From Eledone cirrhosa (Eukaryota): a stretch of DNA of 64,000 bases. The notes below the pieces were generated by a model. The model worked only from the letters and a program-made list of their open reading frames with translations, searched no databases and was not told the DNA's origin. The DNA lies in assembly GCA_964016885.1 (NCBI GenBank), contig OZ024743.1, positions 250,356,001-250,420,000 on the forward strand, given 5' to 3'. Positions 22,755 to 36,470 of this stretch are shown one piece after another (the stretch's first letter is position 1; each line of letters begins with the position of its first letter). The position numbers and the translations under genes were made by a program.

Positions 22755-23095
22755 ATTAGACTAAAATCCAAGGGTAATGGATTGGCAGAAGGCCAGCAAT
22801 TTGAAGAAAGGGAAAATTGATTATATCAACCCAGTACTTAACTGGTACTTTATCAACATGGGAAGGATGAAAGGCAAAGTTGACTAGGTGGTATTTGAAC
22901 ACAGAATGTAAAGAACCAAGACAAATACTGCTATGCATTTGTCAAATCTCCACCAACTCTGCCGATCCAATGTCCTCATAGTTTCTAATTTAGGTCTACG
23001 GCCAGTCATTTTCTGGGATTGGGAAAATTAATTATATTGACCATTTTATTTTATTTTATTGATCTTGGAAAGATGAAAAACTGAGTTGACCACCA
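22755..23095 (-). mobile_element. Two diverged S1-related SINE copies or fragments
   Basis: Reverse complement of the S1 body (GGATGAAAGGCAAAGTTGAC, TTTGAAC). Confidence 0.7.
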
Positions 23096-23312
23096 GCCTA
23101 AAATTGTCCATTATCCCTATTCCTGTAATTAGTGCAGGTCAATAATTGTTTTGCTGAGAGGGTTGGGGAATAGTTTAGAAGGTGGTTTAACTTTTCCTTT
23201 GTCAGCCTTGACTGTATTTATGTCCTGTAACCTTGCAGTTCAACAAAAATGGATTGATAAAAAAGTACCACAATGAAACAGTAAGTGCTGAGGTCAATAT
23301 GATCAACTAAAT

Positions 23313-23481
23313 AAGGGTGGTGAATTGGCAGTATGAATATCTGAGTTCAAATCCTGCTGAGGTTAGCTTTGCCTTTCATCTTTATGGGGTCAATAAAATA
23401 AAGTACCAGTAATGCACTGGTGTTGATTTAATTGACTTTCTCCTCCCCAAAATTTGTTGGCCTTGTGCCTAAATCAGAAAC
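23313..23481 (+). mobile_element. SINE S1 inserted into an older SINE-like element (~23220-23560), with an 18-bp TSD
   Basis: CAATATGATCAACTAAAT at 23295-23312 and 23482-23499 flanks the copy. Confidence 0.88.
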
Positions 23482-24389
23482 CAATATGATCAACTAAATC
23501 ATTTCAAGACTGTGCCCCAGCATAGCTGCAGTCTAATGACTGAAACCAATGAAATAATAAAAGCATTCTGATAATCTACTGCCTTGAATTCTTACAGGTT
23601 AAATAAATTTTGGTGGGATTTGAACAGAGAACCAACACAACCAGAATAACAACAACAAACAACAAAAATGACAACAAGTGTTTTAAGCCCATTTCCCTCC
23701 TAAAGCAAGGGTTAGCAATATTACTACAGTTATTACCACCATCACTAGGGATGATAATGATGGTGGTAGTGGGAAAGGAGGTGGTGATGATGGTGATGAT
23801 GATGATCATGATGGTGTGGAAGACAATGGTGGTGGTGGTGGTGGTGATAATCAGGATAGTGCTGGTGATAAAGATGATGATGGTGGTGATAATGGTGATA
23901 GTGCTAGTGATAAAGATGATGAGGGTGGTGGTTTTGTTGATGGTGCCGATGAAAATAACGAAGAGAAGGAACTTTGGTGCAAAATACAAAATATACAATA
24001 AACAACAACAACAACAACAACAGCAACAGCAAATAATAATCAATTGGAAATGCAGCAAAATCTAACATAGATTGCAGTAAATTAGTGTTAAATGTTGCAT
24101 CCGTTCAATCAGTTGAGGGAGATACCTGTACAGCTTTCTTAATGAAGATATCTCCCTACCACCACCACCACCACCCCACTTACTTTATAATTTAATATCA
24201 TATAACAAATTTTCATTTATAGCCAGCGTATTGAATTTAATGTCTCAATCCTGATTTGTTTAATGCAGTAAATTCTTTGGTATTGAAATAAGAAAAAAAG
24301 AAGAAAACAAAACATTTGCTTTTAACATACATATGACACCTGTACAGGTATCAAATCACATTGGAATATCAATACAATAATGAAATTCA

Positions 24390-25140
24390 CACACCTGAAT
24401 ACATACATATATACATACATCTGAATACATACACACATACACACATACACACATACACACCTACATGCATACACACACACCTGAATACATACATATACAC
24501 ATCTGAATGTATACACTCACATGAATGCATATACACATACCTGAATGCATACACACACAACTAAATGCATACATATACACACCTGAATGCATATACACTC
24601 ACATGAATACATACATATACACCTGAATGCATACATATACACCTGAATGCATACATATACACACCTGAATGCATACACTCACACCTGAATGCATATACAC
24701 ACAACAGAGTACAAACACACACACACCTAAATAAATATGCACACACACACTAGAATACATACATGCACCATAAATACATACACATACCTAAATATATACT
24801 TATGCACATAAACATTCAGACCTGTATACATGCACATACACACACACACACACACACATCTGCAACACATACACACACCTAAATATATACACACATGCTT
24901 ATACATACTTGCACACACATCTGTATTTACACAAAGTTGCATACACATACACTTGTATACATACGCACATCCACACAACTGCATGAAAATCATTGCACAA
25001 TTTCACACACATATACTTCACAAACACATACACTTGCAAACACATACACACACATATGCACACAAACATTTTTACAAATTCACACACTCCTGCACATAAA
25101 CCCTTGCATACATTCAGACACACAAAAATACATAAAGACA
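24390..25140. repeat. CA-rich minisatellite (ACACCTGAATGCATACATAT-like units)
   Basis: Directly visible. Confidence 0.85.
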
Positions 25141-25758
25141 CAGATAAACAAAATAAAAATATGAGACTCAAGGTCGTAAGCAGAGTAAGTGAAATGATGA
25201 GACCAACACAACATCATGTTGTTACTAGTTTTGTTCAGTGTACTGTGGTAAGTGGTTAGGAAGTAGGAAATAACTTCCTATATAGACTGTGTTGTAGATT
25301 AGGAGAAAATAACCTAAATATTCCCCAGTAACATCAATGCTATTTGCTACTGTTAGAAGGTGTGATATACTAAGGAGGTGCTAAAATTGTTGAGGTTGAG
25401 ATCTTTTGTCAACAGTTAATGCAGAGAATGTCTTCACAGTGCATGCTGTATGTAGAATATAAATATGTGACAAAGACAATAATTTCCCTCACGTCAGTGC
25501 CATGATGAAATGCACTTGGTCAAGTGTGGGAAGGTTTTATAAGCAAGACTTATCCAACCCTTGCTAGCATGGAAAATGGACATTAAATGATGATGATATA
25601 TATAGATATATATATGTACCTCAATACTCATCTTTTTCCATTTCTTAGAGGGTTCTAAACCCCACTACCAGGCTAAAATTTATTTAGTCAAAAATAAGGC
25701 GAAAGCTTCTATTTCTATTTTCAAACTTGCTCGCTTTTCAAAACAAACTTGCTTGTCA

Positions 25759-28700
25759 ATCATCATCATCATCATCATCATTTTACGTCCGCTTTTCCCT
25801 GCATGCAAGGGTTGGACGGATCCTATTCAGCACAGCATCTCTCCACTTGTGATGGTCCTTCATCATCTCCTCGGTGAGTTTCAGCGATCTGAGGTCTGCT
25901 CTCACCAGCTCTGCCATGTTTTTTGTGGTCTACCGCTACTGTGTCTTCCTTCCACTGGGATGTCCTGGTACTTCTTCACCCATCGGTCATCCTCCATGTG
26001 CATCATATGTCCATACCATCTCAGCCTTCTCTCCTGCACACCACAACTTATCCCTCATATACCCAGTTTCTTTCTCAACTCGTCTATGCTTGGTCGCTCA
26101 CGCACATTAACAATGCACACCCAACGTAGAATACTTGCTTCATTTCTCTCCAGCTGTCGCATATCCTCTGCAGTTGCTGCCCATGTCTCACTACCATGCA
26201 GCATCACGCATCTCACACAGGCATCATATAACCGTCCTTTCATATGCAGGGAGAAACCCTTCTTTGTCAACAGAGGAAGCAGCTTCCTAAACTTCTTCCG
26301 ACCCATCCTTATTCTAGATACTATGGCCTCGGAACCCCCCCCCCTCCCATGCTAATCTGATAACCTAAGTACCGGAAGCTATCAACCACTTCTATAGAAC
26401 CCACCTGCATTGGAAAAATGAGTCTATCACAGCGATTGCTATTGCCAACTTTCCCTGTACATCTACTGCATACGTAGTTTTCCCTACCTGTTAGTTTGCC
26501 TGCTATCCAACTACATCTCATGTGTACCCAAGATCTGCATTGCGTACATTTTATGGAATTTATGCCAGTTCCTTTCCTACATATCGAACATGGCCATTTC
26601 CCTGATGAAATCAGAATATTGTCCTCTCTTCTACTTATCAACCCTTTTGTCTTAGCTATGTTCACTCTCAGGCCTCTTGATTCCAACTGCTGTTTCCATA
26701 GCCAGCATTTATTCTCTAGCTCCTCTTCTACTATAAGAACCAGATCATCAGCATAGAGAAGTTCCCATGGGCATCCAGTCTTAAACTCCTCTGTTATGGC
26801 TTGGAGGACTATAATGAACAAGAGTGGGCTGAGGACAGAACCTTGATGTACACTTACTTGTATCTGGAATTCCTCACTAAACTCCATTCCTATTCTCATT
26901 TTACTGACAACACCCCTGTACAGAGCTTGCACTGTCCTCACAAGCCATTCCTCTACACCTAGTTTCCTTAGGGACCACCAGATAACAGATTGGGGTACTC
27001 TATCAAAGGCCTTCTGTAGGTCAACAAAAGCTAAGTATAGTGGTTTATTCTTCTCTAAGTACCTCTCTTGTTGTTGCCTCACTATGAAGTGGGCACCTCT
27101 TGTACTTTTCCGAGGTACAAAACCAAACTGCATTGCATCTAAATTGACCCTTTCTCTAATCAGTTGCGCTAATATTCTCTCTGCCACTTTCATAACCTGA
27201 TCCATCAGCTTTATGCCCCTATAATTGCTCCTCTCTAGACCATCCCCTTTGACTTTGTAACAATTTATGAGAATACTGCTGCACCAGTCTTTGGGTATGA
27301 CACTACCATATATAGCTTGATTAATGATGCGTGCAACTAGTTTAGTGCCTACTTCTCCTGAAACCATCAGCATCTCAACAACTATCCCCGACAGCCCAGC
27401 AGCCTTACCATTCTTCATTTCCTTAATTGCCTCTTGTACCCTATATTCGTCAATCTCAATAGCTGGTCCCTCTGTTGAGTCTACTGGGGGGTAATTCCTC
27501 TCTGTCCCATTCGTTCTCTACATTCATCAGTCTCTCATAATGACATTTCCAGGCCTATTTCTTTTGATAATTCATGACACTAAGTACACTGGCATCATTC
27601 CGGACACACTTATCTCCAACAACATCCTGATCTGCACTGACACACTACCTTGCAAAGCGGAACACTGCACGTCGCTGATCTTTCCATCGCAGAACATTGG
27701 CAAACCACCTACTCTCAGCCTCTCTGTGTGCTAAGTACACCTGACGTCTAGCTTCTCTCTTAGTGGCTGTGTATCCGTCTCTACTCCCACTATTTTCCCA
27801 AGCTTTCCATGGCAGTTTTTTGTCTCTAATGTCTCTATCTACCATTCTGTTCCACCACCAGGTCACTCTCAGGTTGAAGCTCTGCCCCAACCACAAGTTT
27901 CTTCAGTAGCCTGTAGCAAGTTGTCACGCAAGAAATTCCAGTTATCATCTATGTCGTACAACTTTAAATCGTCTTCTTTTTCGTCGTACGCATCTTGAAG
28001 GGCTTTGCTAAATTTATATTTTAATGAAAGGTCTTTAGCTTCCAGACCTTTCTTTTCCACACCTTCCTGTATGTTTCATTCTTTCTCTTGCTTACTGAGA
28101 TGTTACTAACGACTAACCTATGCTGTGGGATACATTCTTACCCAGGGTAAGCCTTAGTATTTCACACCATCCATCTGTCTGGCTGTCTAACTAGCAGGAA
28201 GTCAACCTGGCTTATGTGCTCGCCAGATTTGTAGGTTATTAGGTGGTTGGTAGGCTTCTGGAAGTTAGTGTTGCAAATGGTTATTGCATTTGCATCACAA
28301 AATTCAAGAAGCCTCACTCCTTCTTCATTTCTTGAGCCGTAACTGTGCCCACCATGTACTCCATTGTATCCATCCTGGAGCTGTCCAACATGTCCATTGA
28401 AGTCCCCTGCTCTCATAATGATGTCTCTGTCCTCTGTCATTGAGGCTGTCTGTAAAAGTTGCTTGTAAAAGCCGTCTTTCTCTTTTTTACCTAGGCCTGC
28501 CTGGGGAGCATAGGCAGAGATGATTGCCTATAACTAACCTAAGCTTAATTATTCTATTACTAACTCTAACAACCTCTATTGTCTTATTGATCCATCTCTC
28601 AGCCAGTAACATGCCCACCCCACCTAACCCATCATCATTACCCACCCAGAAAAGCTTATAACTATGATGTTTGCCTGTGATTGCAGACGCATCTCTCCAT

Positions 28701-28856
28701 CTCACCTCTTGCACACAGCACACATCCACATGCTTTCTCTCCAGCATCTCTGCAATCTCACTAGATCTACCTGTTAGAGTACCAACATTAAGAGTGGCAA
28801 CTCTGAGATGCGATGTCCCGTTCTTTTTCTTGTTGTGCGATTGCTTAATGACGGTC

Positions 28857-28858
<2 letters not shown>
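25759..28858 (-). mobile_element. RTE LINE family A, second copy, degenerate
   Basis: Minus-strand ORFs 28487..28747, 28162..28440, 26321..27418 and 26055..26306 match 117..3183; (ATC)n tail at 25759. Confidence 0.95.
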
Positions 28859-28898
<40 letters not shown>

Positions 28899-28964
28899 GA
28901 AAAGTATAGAAATTATTGTAGCAAGAAGCCAACAGTATTCCATAATATATATATATATATATTG

Positions 28965-31148
28965 TACTTGCCATCACTGACGCTGATAAGAAGGTAGCTT
29001 GGAAGTGTCACTACGAAAGGCTACTAAATGAGGAGAGTAAATGGGAGAAAGACAGTCTCCCCCACATCGATCCAATAGAGGGACCAGCAGTGTTAGTCGA
29101 AGGTAGTATAATAAGTAAGGCAATCAAAGATATGAAGACGGGTAAGGCGGCTGGGCCTTCGGAAATAGTTGCTGAAATGCTGAAAGCTTCTGGAACGGTG
29201 GGACACACCATGGTCACCCGGATAGTAAACCAAGTCTTACAGAATGGTGTTGTTCCGAAGAACTGGCGTAGCAGCATCATCATTAACTGCTACAAGGGTA
29301 AAGGAGATGCCCTAGATAGGGGTAACTATAGAGGCATTATATTAATCGACCAGGTCATGAAGGTCACAGAAAAAGTAATAGCGCAACTAATCAGAGAGCG
29401 AATTGATCTAGATGAAATGCAGTTCAGGTTTGTGCCAGGTAAAAGTACTACAGACGCTCTTTTCATTGTACGACAACTACAGGAGAAGTACCTAGCTAAA
29501 AGTAAACCCCTATACTTAGCTTTTGTCGACTTGGAGAAAGCCTTTGACAGAGTCTCCCGTTCCATTATCTGGTGGGCCCTTAGAAAACTAGGTGTTGATG
29601 AATGGCTTGTGAGAGCTATACAAGCCATGTATAAAGAAACATTCAGCAAGGTTAGAATTAACAACGAATATAGTGAAGAGTTTAGCGTAAAAGTTGATGT
29701 TCATCAGGGCTCAGTTCTTAGCCCCCTACTATTTATTATTGCCCTTCAGGCTATAACAGTGGAGTTCAAGACCGGCTGCCCATGGGAACTCCTATACGCA
29801 GATGATCTAATGCTCATAGCTGAATCAATGGCTGAACTAGAGAAGAAATTCCAAACATGGAAGCATGGCCTAGAATCAAAAGGCCTTAAAATTAACCTGT
29901 CTAAGACTAAAGTTCTAGTTTGTAGGAAGGAAAATAGGGCACCGGTCCCATCCGGGAAATGGCCATGCTCAGTGTGTAGGAAAGGAGTAGGTAGAAACTC
30001 CATTTTATGTCCCAAATGCAAAGTATGGGTGCATAAAAGATGTAGTGAGATCACAGGTAAGCTAACTAAGAATATAGATTTTATATGTGGCCGGTGGTCT
30101 GGTGCAATAAGTAGCAGCAAGTGCCCACGGAATACTAGCTCATTCGATTGCACAGATGGTTCTATAGAAATAGTGGACAGCTTCCGTTACTTGGGTAACA
30201 AAATCAGCAGTGGTGGAGGGTGCTCTGAAAGTACAGTAGCTAGAGTCAGAACTGGATGGAAAAAGTTCAGAGAGCTTATACCACTATTAGCCGCTAAAGG
30301 ATTCTCTCTAAAAATGAAAGGCAGGCTGTATGATGGCTGCATACGAACAGCAATGTTACATGGCAGTGAGACCTGGGCATTGTGTGCAGAGGATATACGC
30401 AGACTGGAGAGGAATGAAGCTTGCATGCTCCACTGGATGTGTAATAGTAATATACGTGAACGGCAAAGCATAAACGAACTAAGGGAAAAATTATCAATAA
30501 GAGGGATCAGATGTGGTTTACTCGAGAGAAGACTACGTTAGTATGGCCACGTGATGTGCATGAAAGACGACAGTTGTATAAAAAAGTGCAGGGCAATAAA
30601 AATAGACGGTAGCCACGGAGTAGGCAGACCCAGAAAAACCTGGGACGACTTGATAAATTCCGACCTCACACACTTACACCTCTCCAAGACAATGTCACTG
30701 GACCGAGATCTTTGGTGCTACACAGTAATACAGAAAACCCGCCTTACCTAAGTACAAAGTGAAATCTACTACAGTCAGTAGGCACCTCTAACAAAAATAC
30801 ACCCCCGTCCCACTACCCACACCCCATCCACACCACCCCTTTCAATGTAAAGTTATGTTGGTGCCACAACATCCAGTCCGAAACAAATGAGGTCGTGTAG
30901 GTGTCACGACAAAAAAACACACAGTCCATGCTGTAATGTGGCTGTGTAGGTAACACGGTAAAAACCTCCCAGTCCACACTGTAAACGTGGTTGGTGTTAG
31001 GAAGGGCATCCAGTCGTAGAAAACCTGCCAGACAGTCCTATATGAGCAAGACAACCACTCTTGCCTCAAGTGGGAAAACTCCCATCCAAACCCATGCAAG
31101 CGTGGAAGATGGACGTTAAACGATGATGATGATGATGATGATGATGAT
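28965..31148 (+). mobile_element. RTE LINE family C, 5'-truncated, with a long structured 3' UTR
   Basis: ORF 29090..30541 has RT (YADD) and a C4HC3 finger; (GAT)n tail; (TA)n on both sides. Confidence 0.95.
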
Positions 31149-31157
31149 ATATATATA

Positions 31158-31822
31158 TGAAAAATGGCATGCTGCGTTGTTGCAAATGGGGTACATATGA
31201 ATAAAATTAGTCCTTCATCAGTGATCTTCCAACCGTCATTGGTATTTCTTTGCATTAAAGATCATATACCTCTGGTTGGTGCAAGCAATAACTAAAGAAC
31301 ATTATTGGGACACGTAAAATAGTGTGAAGCGAGTGAGACATGTAAACAAACAGAGATGGTAATGTAACGGAAAGAGAGGAAGAGGAGAAACAAGTCTGTG
31401 CTATATATGAACATAAGTTCGGTGAAATCATAGACGAGAGATACAGACCATCCGACCTGGGTGAGATGTGAGCAAGAAAAGGATTTCACACAGGTCAAAC
31501 GGGAGGAAGTGAGAGAGGGGGAGTATCAGAGAGTGAGTGAGTGAAAGTGTGAGGAAGAGGCCAGCTGAGAGAGGCCAGCTGAGTGACTGGCTATACCTCT
31601 GGTTGGTGTGAGCAATAACTAAAAAAAAGTTATTGGGACACGTAAAATAGGGTGAAGCGAGTGAGACATGTAAACAAACAGAGATGGTAATGCAACGGAA
31701 AGAGAGGAAGAGGAGAAACAAGCCCGTGATATCTGTGAACTTAAGTTCAATGAAATCATAGACGAGAGATACAGACCATCCGACCTGGGTGAGATGTGAG
31801 CGAGAAAAGGATTTCACACAGG

Positions 31823-31825
<3 letters not shown>
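31158..31825. repeat. Unclassified (TA)n-flanked repeat with an internal ~230-bp direct duplication (31265-31496, 31592-31825); TG...CA ends, possibly a solo LTR
   Basis: The duplication is directly visible; the LTR call rests only on the TG/CA termini. Confidence 0.45.
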
Positions 31826-31873
<48 letters not shown>

Positions 31874-33880
31874 TTGATTCAGTAGATTTGTGGTTTACTG
31901 AGGAAAGTACCAATATTAGCACACTATGCTAGAGCAGAATGTATACATTAAGAAGAACTAAACCAGGTTTCACATTGAGGTTTATATTGATTAGGTGCAG
32001 TTAAGAATGTTTCACAGATGGTTGGCTCAGGATCCATATCTGTATTATAGACCCGACTCCAGCCCCAATCTGTTCATCAGATGGTTAATCAAGCAAAACT
32101 AGAATCTCATCTGAAGGTATCCAATATCATCACTATTCCATGCTTGTATGTGCTAGATGGGAGTCACAATCTGTGACTTGATGGGTCAGATGACTATGTC
32201 TTCTTCATATGTTCCATTTTGTCATGGTTTCTAAAGCTGGATGTCAGCCACTTCAGGGAATTTATCTGATGTGTTTTATCAAGGCACCACCTAGATAATA
32301 TATGTATGAGTGTGTGTTATATTGAAAACATGACTGTGCTCTAGTTTGATCATTTTTATTAAGGATTTGATTCTATTTTGTTATTAGTTCTTCATGTTTA
32401 ATTTGGAAACATATCATTCTTACATCTATGCATGTTAAAGTTACGAATCTTCCTGGCTTTACTAGTGGTATATTTGTAATGTATTTAATAGTAATCATAA
32501 AAGATCATGGGAGTGGTAGGAAACAATGAAGGCTTGATATACAATTTCTCAACATTTGAAGCATGGCAGTTATTATTATTGATTTCATGTATGATGGATC
32601 TGTATGTTAATTTTTTAGATCATATTTTGATATTATTAAAGTTTCTATAGAAAGCTGCAAAGCATGTGACCAATATGCCATTAATATGACCATTCTGATT
32701 TTGATAATGGGACTATGGAAGTCTTGAAACTTTAATACACACAGATTTAGGAATGCTATTGTTCCAAACTAAGCATAAAGAACTAAAAAGGAAATATGGA
32801 AAATCTTTAATATAAATAATCAAACTAGGGTACAGCCATGTTTGAAAGAAAAGTTGTACTCTATCATCATCATCATCATCTCTACTTTTATAAATATATT
32901 TATAAATATCCGGTTGACGTAAGAAGCATTTAGAAAATTTGAAAGTTGAAATGTAGTTGTCCCAACGCAGGAGACTACGATAATAGAAAATTACTATAAA
33001 TAATAGTTAAAAAAAGCAGGTAAAATGTGGCACTTCTACCATAACCACTATAAAGTAGTTCCATACACAATATAACAATAAACAAGAAAAATTAAAATAC
33101 AGATAATCAGTGGGTGTTCTGTGGTGTGTGTTTTGTTGGGGGGGGGGGGGGGGGGGGTAAAGATAACTATAAAAATTAATTAGAAATAAAAGAATGTAAA
33201 CTAGAGTAAAATAAGCCAAGACAATACTTTACCTTATATTCCATGATATTTCATGAGTAAGAAATCCTTTTCAAAAAATTTTGTATCATAGAATAAAGAA
33301 TGGGTTTTGGTAGATTGGTATCGAAATAGTTAAATCCATGATTTCAACAATATTCATTCATCAGGCTCACATCAACCTTTAATATTTTTTTCTCTTATGT
33401 GACAAAGCCGCCCACCAGCATAGTAAATACTTGCCTGAAGTCTACAGAGAATCAAGGCTATGCAATATAATACTGTACTTAGTCATAATTCATTTAACAT
33501 TCTATATTTTGGGTTGTACCTAATACCACACTTACACACACTCTCACACGCACATTTTATAGCCTTAACAAATTACCGGCTATTTATATGTATGTATATG
33601 TATAAGTATATATATATATATATTAGTCAAAGGAAAAGAAAATGCTGACAAATTTTTCCCAGTGAAAAATAGTTTAATTAGGAATAAGTATAAATTAGTA
33701 ATAAGTATTGGTTAGTATTCAGTTTTAGTTTTAAGTTTTTACCGGTTGTGCATTTCTAATGCTTTTCAAAAATAATTTTGAGATAGAGCGCTCGTCATGT
33801 TTGCTCTAATGTCTCTATATATATATATATATAGACATACACACACATATATGTCCATATATATACACACATACACACAC

Positions 33881-35270
33881 ATCATCATCATCATCATCTT
33901 TTTTATATCCACTTTTCTATGCTTGCATGGGTTGGATGCGTCTTTCTTAGCACGGCATCTTTCCACTTGTCACGTTCCTTCGCCATCTCCTTTTCCAGTC
34001 TTAGCAATTTGAGGTCAGCTCTCATAATATCTACCCAGGTCTTTCTCAGTCGTCCTCTACTGCAATTTCCTTCCACTGGGATTTTCTGGCATTTCTTCAC
34101 CCATCGGTCATTGTCCATGCATATAACCTATCCATACCAGCCTAGTCTTTTTTCCTGCACACCATCTCGTATTCCCCTTAAACCCAGATATTATACTCTC
34201 AGTGCACCCCCCTCAGCTGCTAATTATGTCACCTAAATAGCAGAATCCATCAACCAAGTCAATGGATCCTTCGTGTGACTGGAAAAGCTTTATATCATTG
34301 GCACTCTGCCTATTGATGTCTCCTGTGCAACTTCTACATGCAAAGTTCTTCCTTCTTGTTAGTCTACTCATTATCCCACTACATATTTTGTGTACCCAAG
34401 ATTTACATTATGTACATTGTATAGAGTTTATGCCTACTTCTTTTCTGCATATTGAGCATGGCCACTTCCCTGAGGGAATCAGGGTCCTATTTCCTCTCCT
34501 ACTCACTAGCACTTTAATTTTGAATAAGTTTACTCTCAGACCTTTTGATTCCATAATCAGAATTTATTTTCTAGTCATTTTTGGGTTTCAGATATGAGGA
34601 CCAAATCATCTGCATAGAGAAGTTCCCATGGGCAGTACATTTTAAACTCCTCTATTATGGCCTAAAGAACTATGATGAACAGCAGTGGACTAAAACCTGA
34701 ACCTTGCTGAACTCCTACCTGTATCTTGAATTCCTCACTAAACTCATTTCCTACTCTCACTTTTCTGACAGCTATTCTGTACTTCGCTGGTTACTAGTTT
34801 GACTTCAACTCCTCCTGATGGTTTTTGCATCTCAGCAACTATTTCTGATAGTACCGGTTTCTGCTAACCCCGTTTTTCCAGTCTTTACATGCCTATCTCT
34901 TGGCTTTAATGGCTGTATCTATTACTCTGTTCCACCACCAGTTTACCCTCTGCCTGACTCGCACTCTACTACAGCCACAAAACTTGCCAGTAGTTCACAA
35001 AAGATTGAAGCATAAGAATTTCCAGTTGTTCTCTACATTATACGTAGCTAGCTTGTCATCCCTCTCATCAAGTACATCACGTAGATCCTTTCTAAACTGA
35101 TATTTAACCAAGTGGTCCTTTAGCTTCCCCATTTTCCATATCCATGTTTTCCTGTGTGTCTTATTCTGTCTTTTGTTCATTTTGATGTCATAATAGCCAA
35201 CTTGTGCTGGATAGTGAAATCTTCCCTAGGGAAGGTCTTAGTATTTATTACAGTCTGTTTGTCTTGTCTA
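33881..35270 (-). mobile_element. Degenerate, internally deleted RTE LINE (family B)
   Basis: Minus-strand remnants RWVKKCQKIPVEG..RGR.RKTW, CPWELLYADD and GKWPCSICRK; (ATC)n tail. Confidence 0.85.
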
Positions 35271-35280
35271 ATATATATGT

Positions 35281-35585
35281 GAAGATGCATGGCTTTGTGG
35301 TTAGGATATTTTGCTCATGATTGTAAGGTCATGAGTTTGATTCTCGGTGGTGCACTCTGTCCTCGAGCAAGTCACTTTATTTCACATTGCTCCAGTCCTC
35401 GCAGCTAGCAAAAATGAGTTGTACCTATAATTCGAAGGACCAGCCTTGTCACATTCTGTGTTATGCTGGATCTCCCTGAGAACTAAATTAAGAGTATGTG
35501 TGTTTGCATATTAATTTCAATAGCAGTATTTTTCGTTGATTGTATCAACTGGAATACTCATCGTTGTAACTCACGGAGTGCTCTT
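35281..35585 (+). mobile_element. tRNA-derived SINE of a second family with a CORE-like central domain
   Basis: TGGCTTTGTGGTTAGG (A box), GAGTTTGATTC (B box), then TGTCCTCGAGCAAGTCACTTTATTTCACATTGCTCCAG. Confidence 0.7.
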
Positions 35586-35610
35586 ATATATATATATATA
35601 TATATATATA

Positions 35611-35783
35611 GTAATAATAATAAATTTGAAGACTAAAATCCAAAGAGGGCTAGATAAGGATAAATATATATCAAATATATAAGAACCGTAGATCAAATAT
35701 TTATTAAAATAAGAGATTAAAGTTTAAGCAAAGAATCGCAGCGATTCTTTGCTTAAACTTTAATCTGCTATTTTAATAAATAT
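35611..35783. repeat. (TA)n-embedded arm plus near-perfect ~43-bp-stem palindrome (35697-35783)
   Basis: ...AGTTTAAGCAAAGAATCGC A GCGATTCTTTGCTTAAACT..., centred on 35740. Confidence 0.85.
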
Positions 35784-35797
35784 ATATATATATATAT

Positions 35798-36406
35798 GGT
35801 TGGTGACTGCCAACTCGTTTTCGAGTACAGCCACTACTTTATATCCATGTAGGAGAACCCTTACCGATGCGCTGAATGAGTGTGACTTTTTAGTCCAGCC
35901 AGCGACTTGAACACTCTAGTACAAACGCTACACTTGTGACAATTATTGACGCACAGTGCTGGGCCCATGGTACCATGTGACGACAAGTGCAGAGAGATCT
36001 CCAGATATAAAGCAATGCCTGTGCCGTGAAGCTTTTATAGTGAGCAAAGGCACTGCACAAAGCCAGTCCCACTCTCTTAACCAAGACGATATTTACCAAA
36101 AAGAAGAACAAGTCAACATCATTGGATACCATCAGGGTTGCAGGTGTTATATCAGAGTTTTCCTTCTCCTAGAATTCTGCCTTGACAAAGGCTAAGGGGT
36201 CATCTCTCCCGGTGATTTTGGATGGCCATTGACTCTTAAAAGCTCCTTTGCCCTTTGACAGGTTTTGTTTTTAGTCCTGCAGGATGTCCAAAGTCACCCT
36301 CCTCACCAAAAAAACTTGGTGGAGTTGCCAGTTTAGTCACCAACGACCCGACCATGAGACAGGTTGTACTGGGATACATGTTACCAGTAGCACCAACTGG
36401 TGACCT

Positions 36407-36410
<4 letters not shown>
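35798..36410 (-). mobile_element. Bipartite non-autonomous RTE derivative (RTE-like 5' UTR plus ORF2 C2H2 end and 3' hairpin)
   Basis: Minus strand: TAGCCTTTGTCAAGGCAG..TAGGAGAAGGAAAACTC motif, then CSVCTRVFKSLAGLKSHTHSAH*, then ACTCG-AAAA-CGAGT; lies in (TA)n; related copy at 43740. Confidence 0.75.

Positions 36411-36470
<60 letters not shown>

Noticed and set aside
23576-24065. D/G-rich or M/V-rich host exon
   Set aside because: It is built from (GAT)/(GGT) repeats with no recognisable domain; an exon cannot be supported without transcripts.
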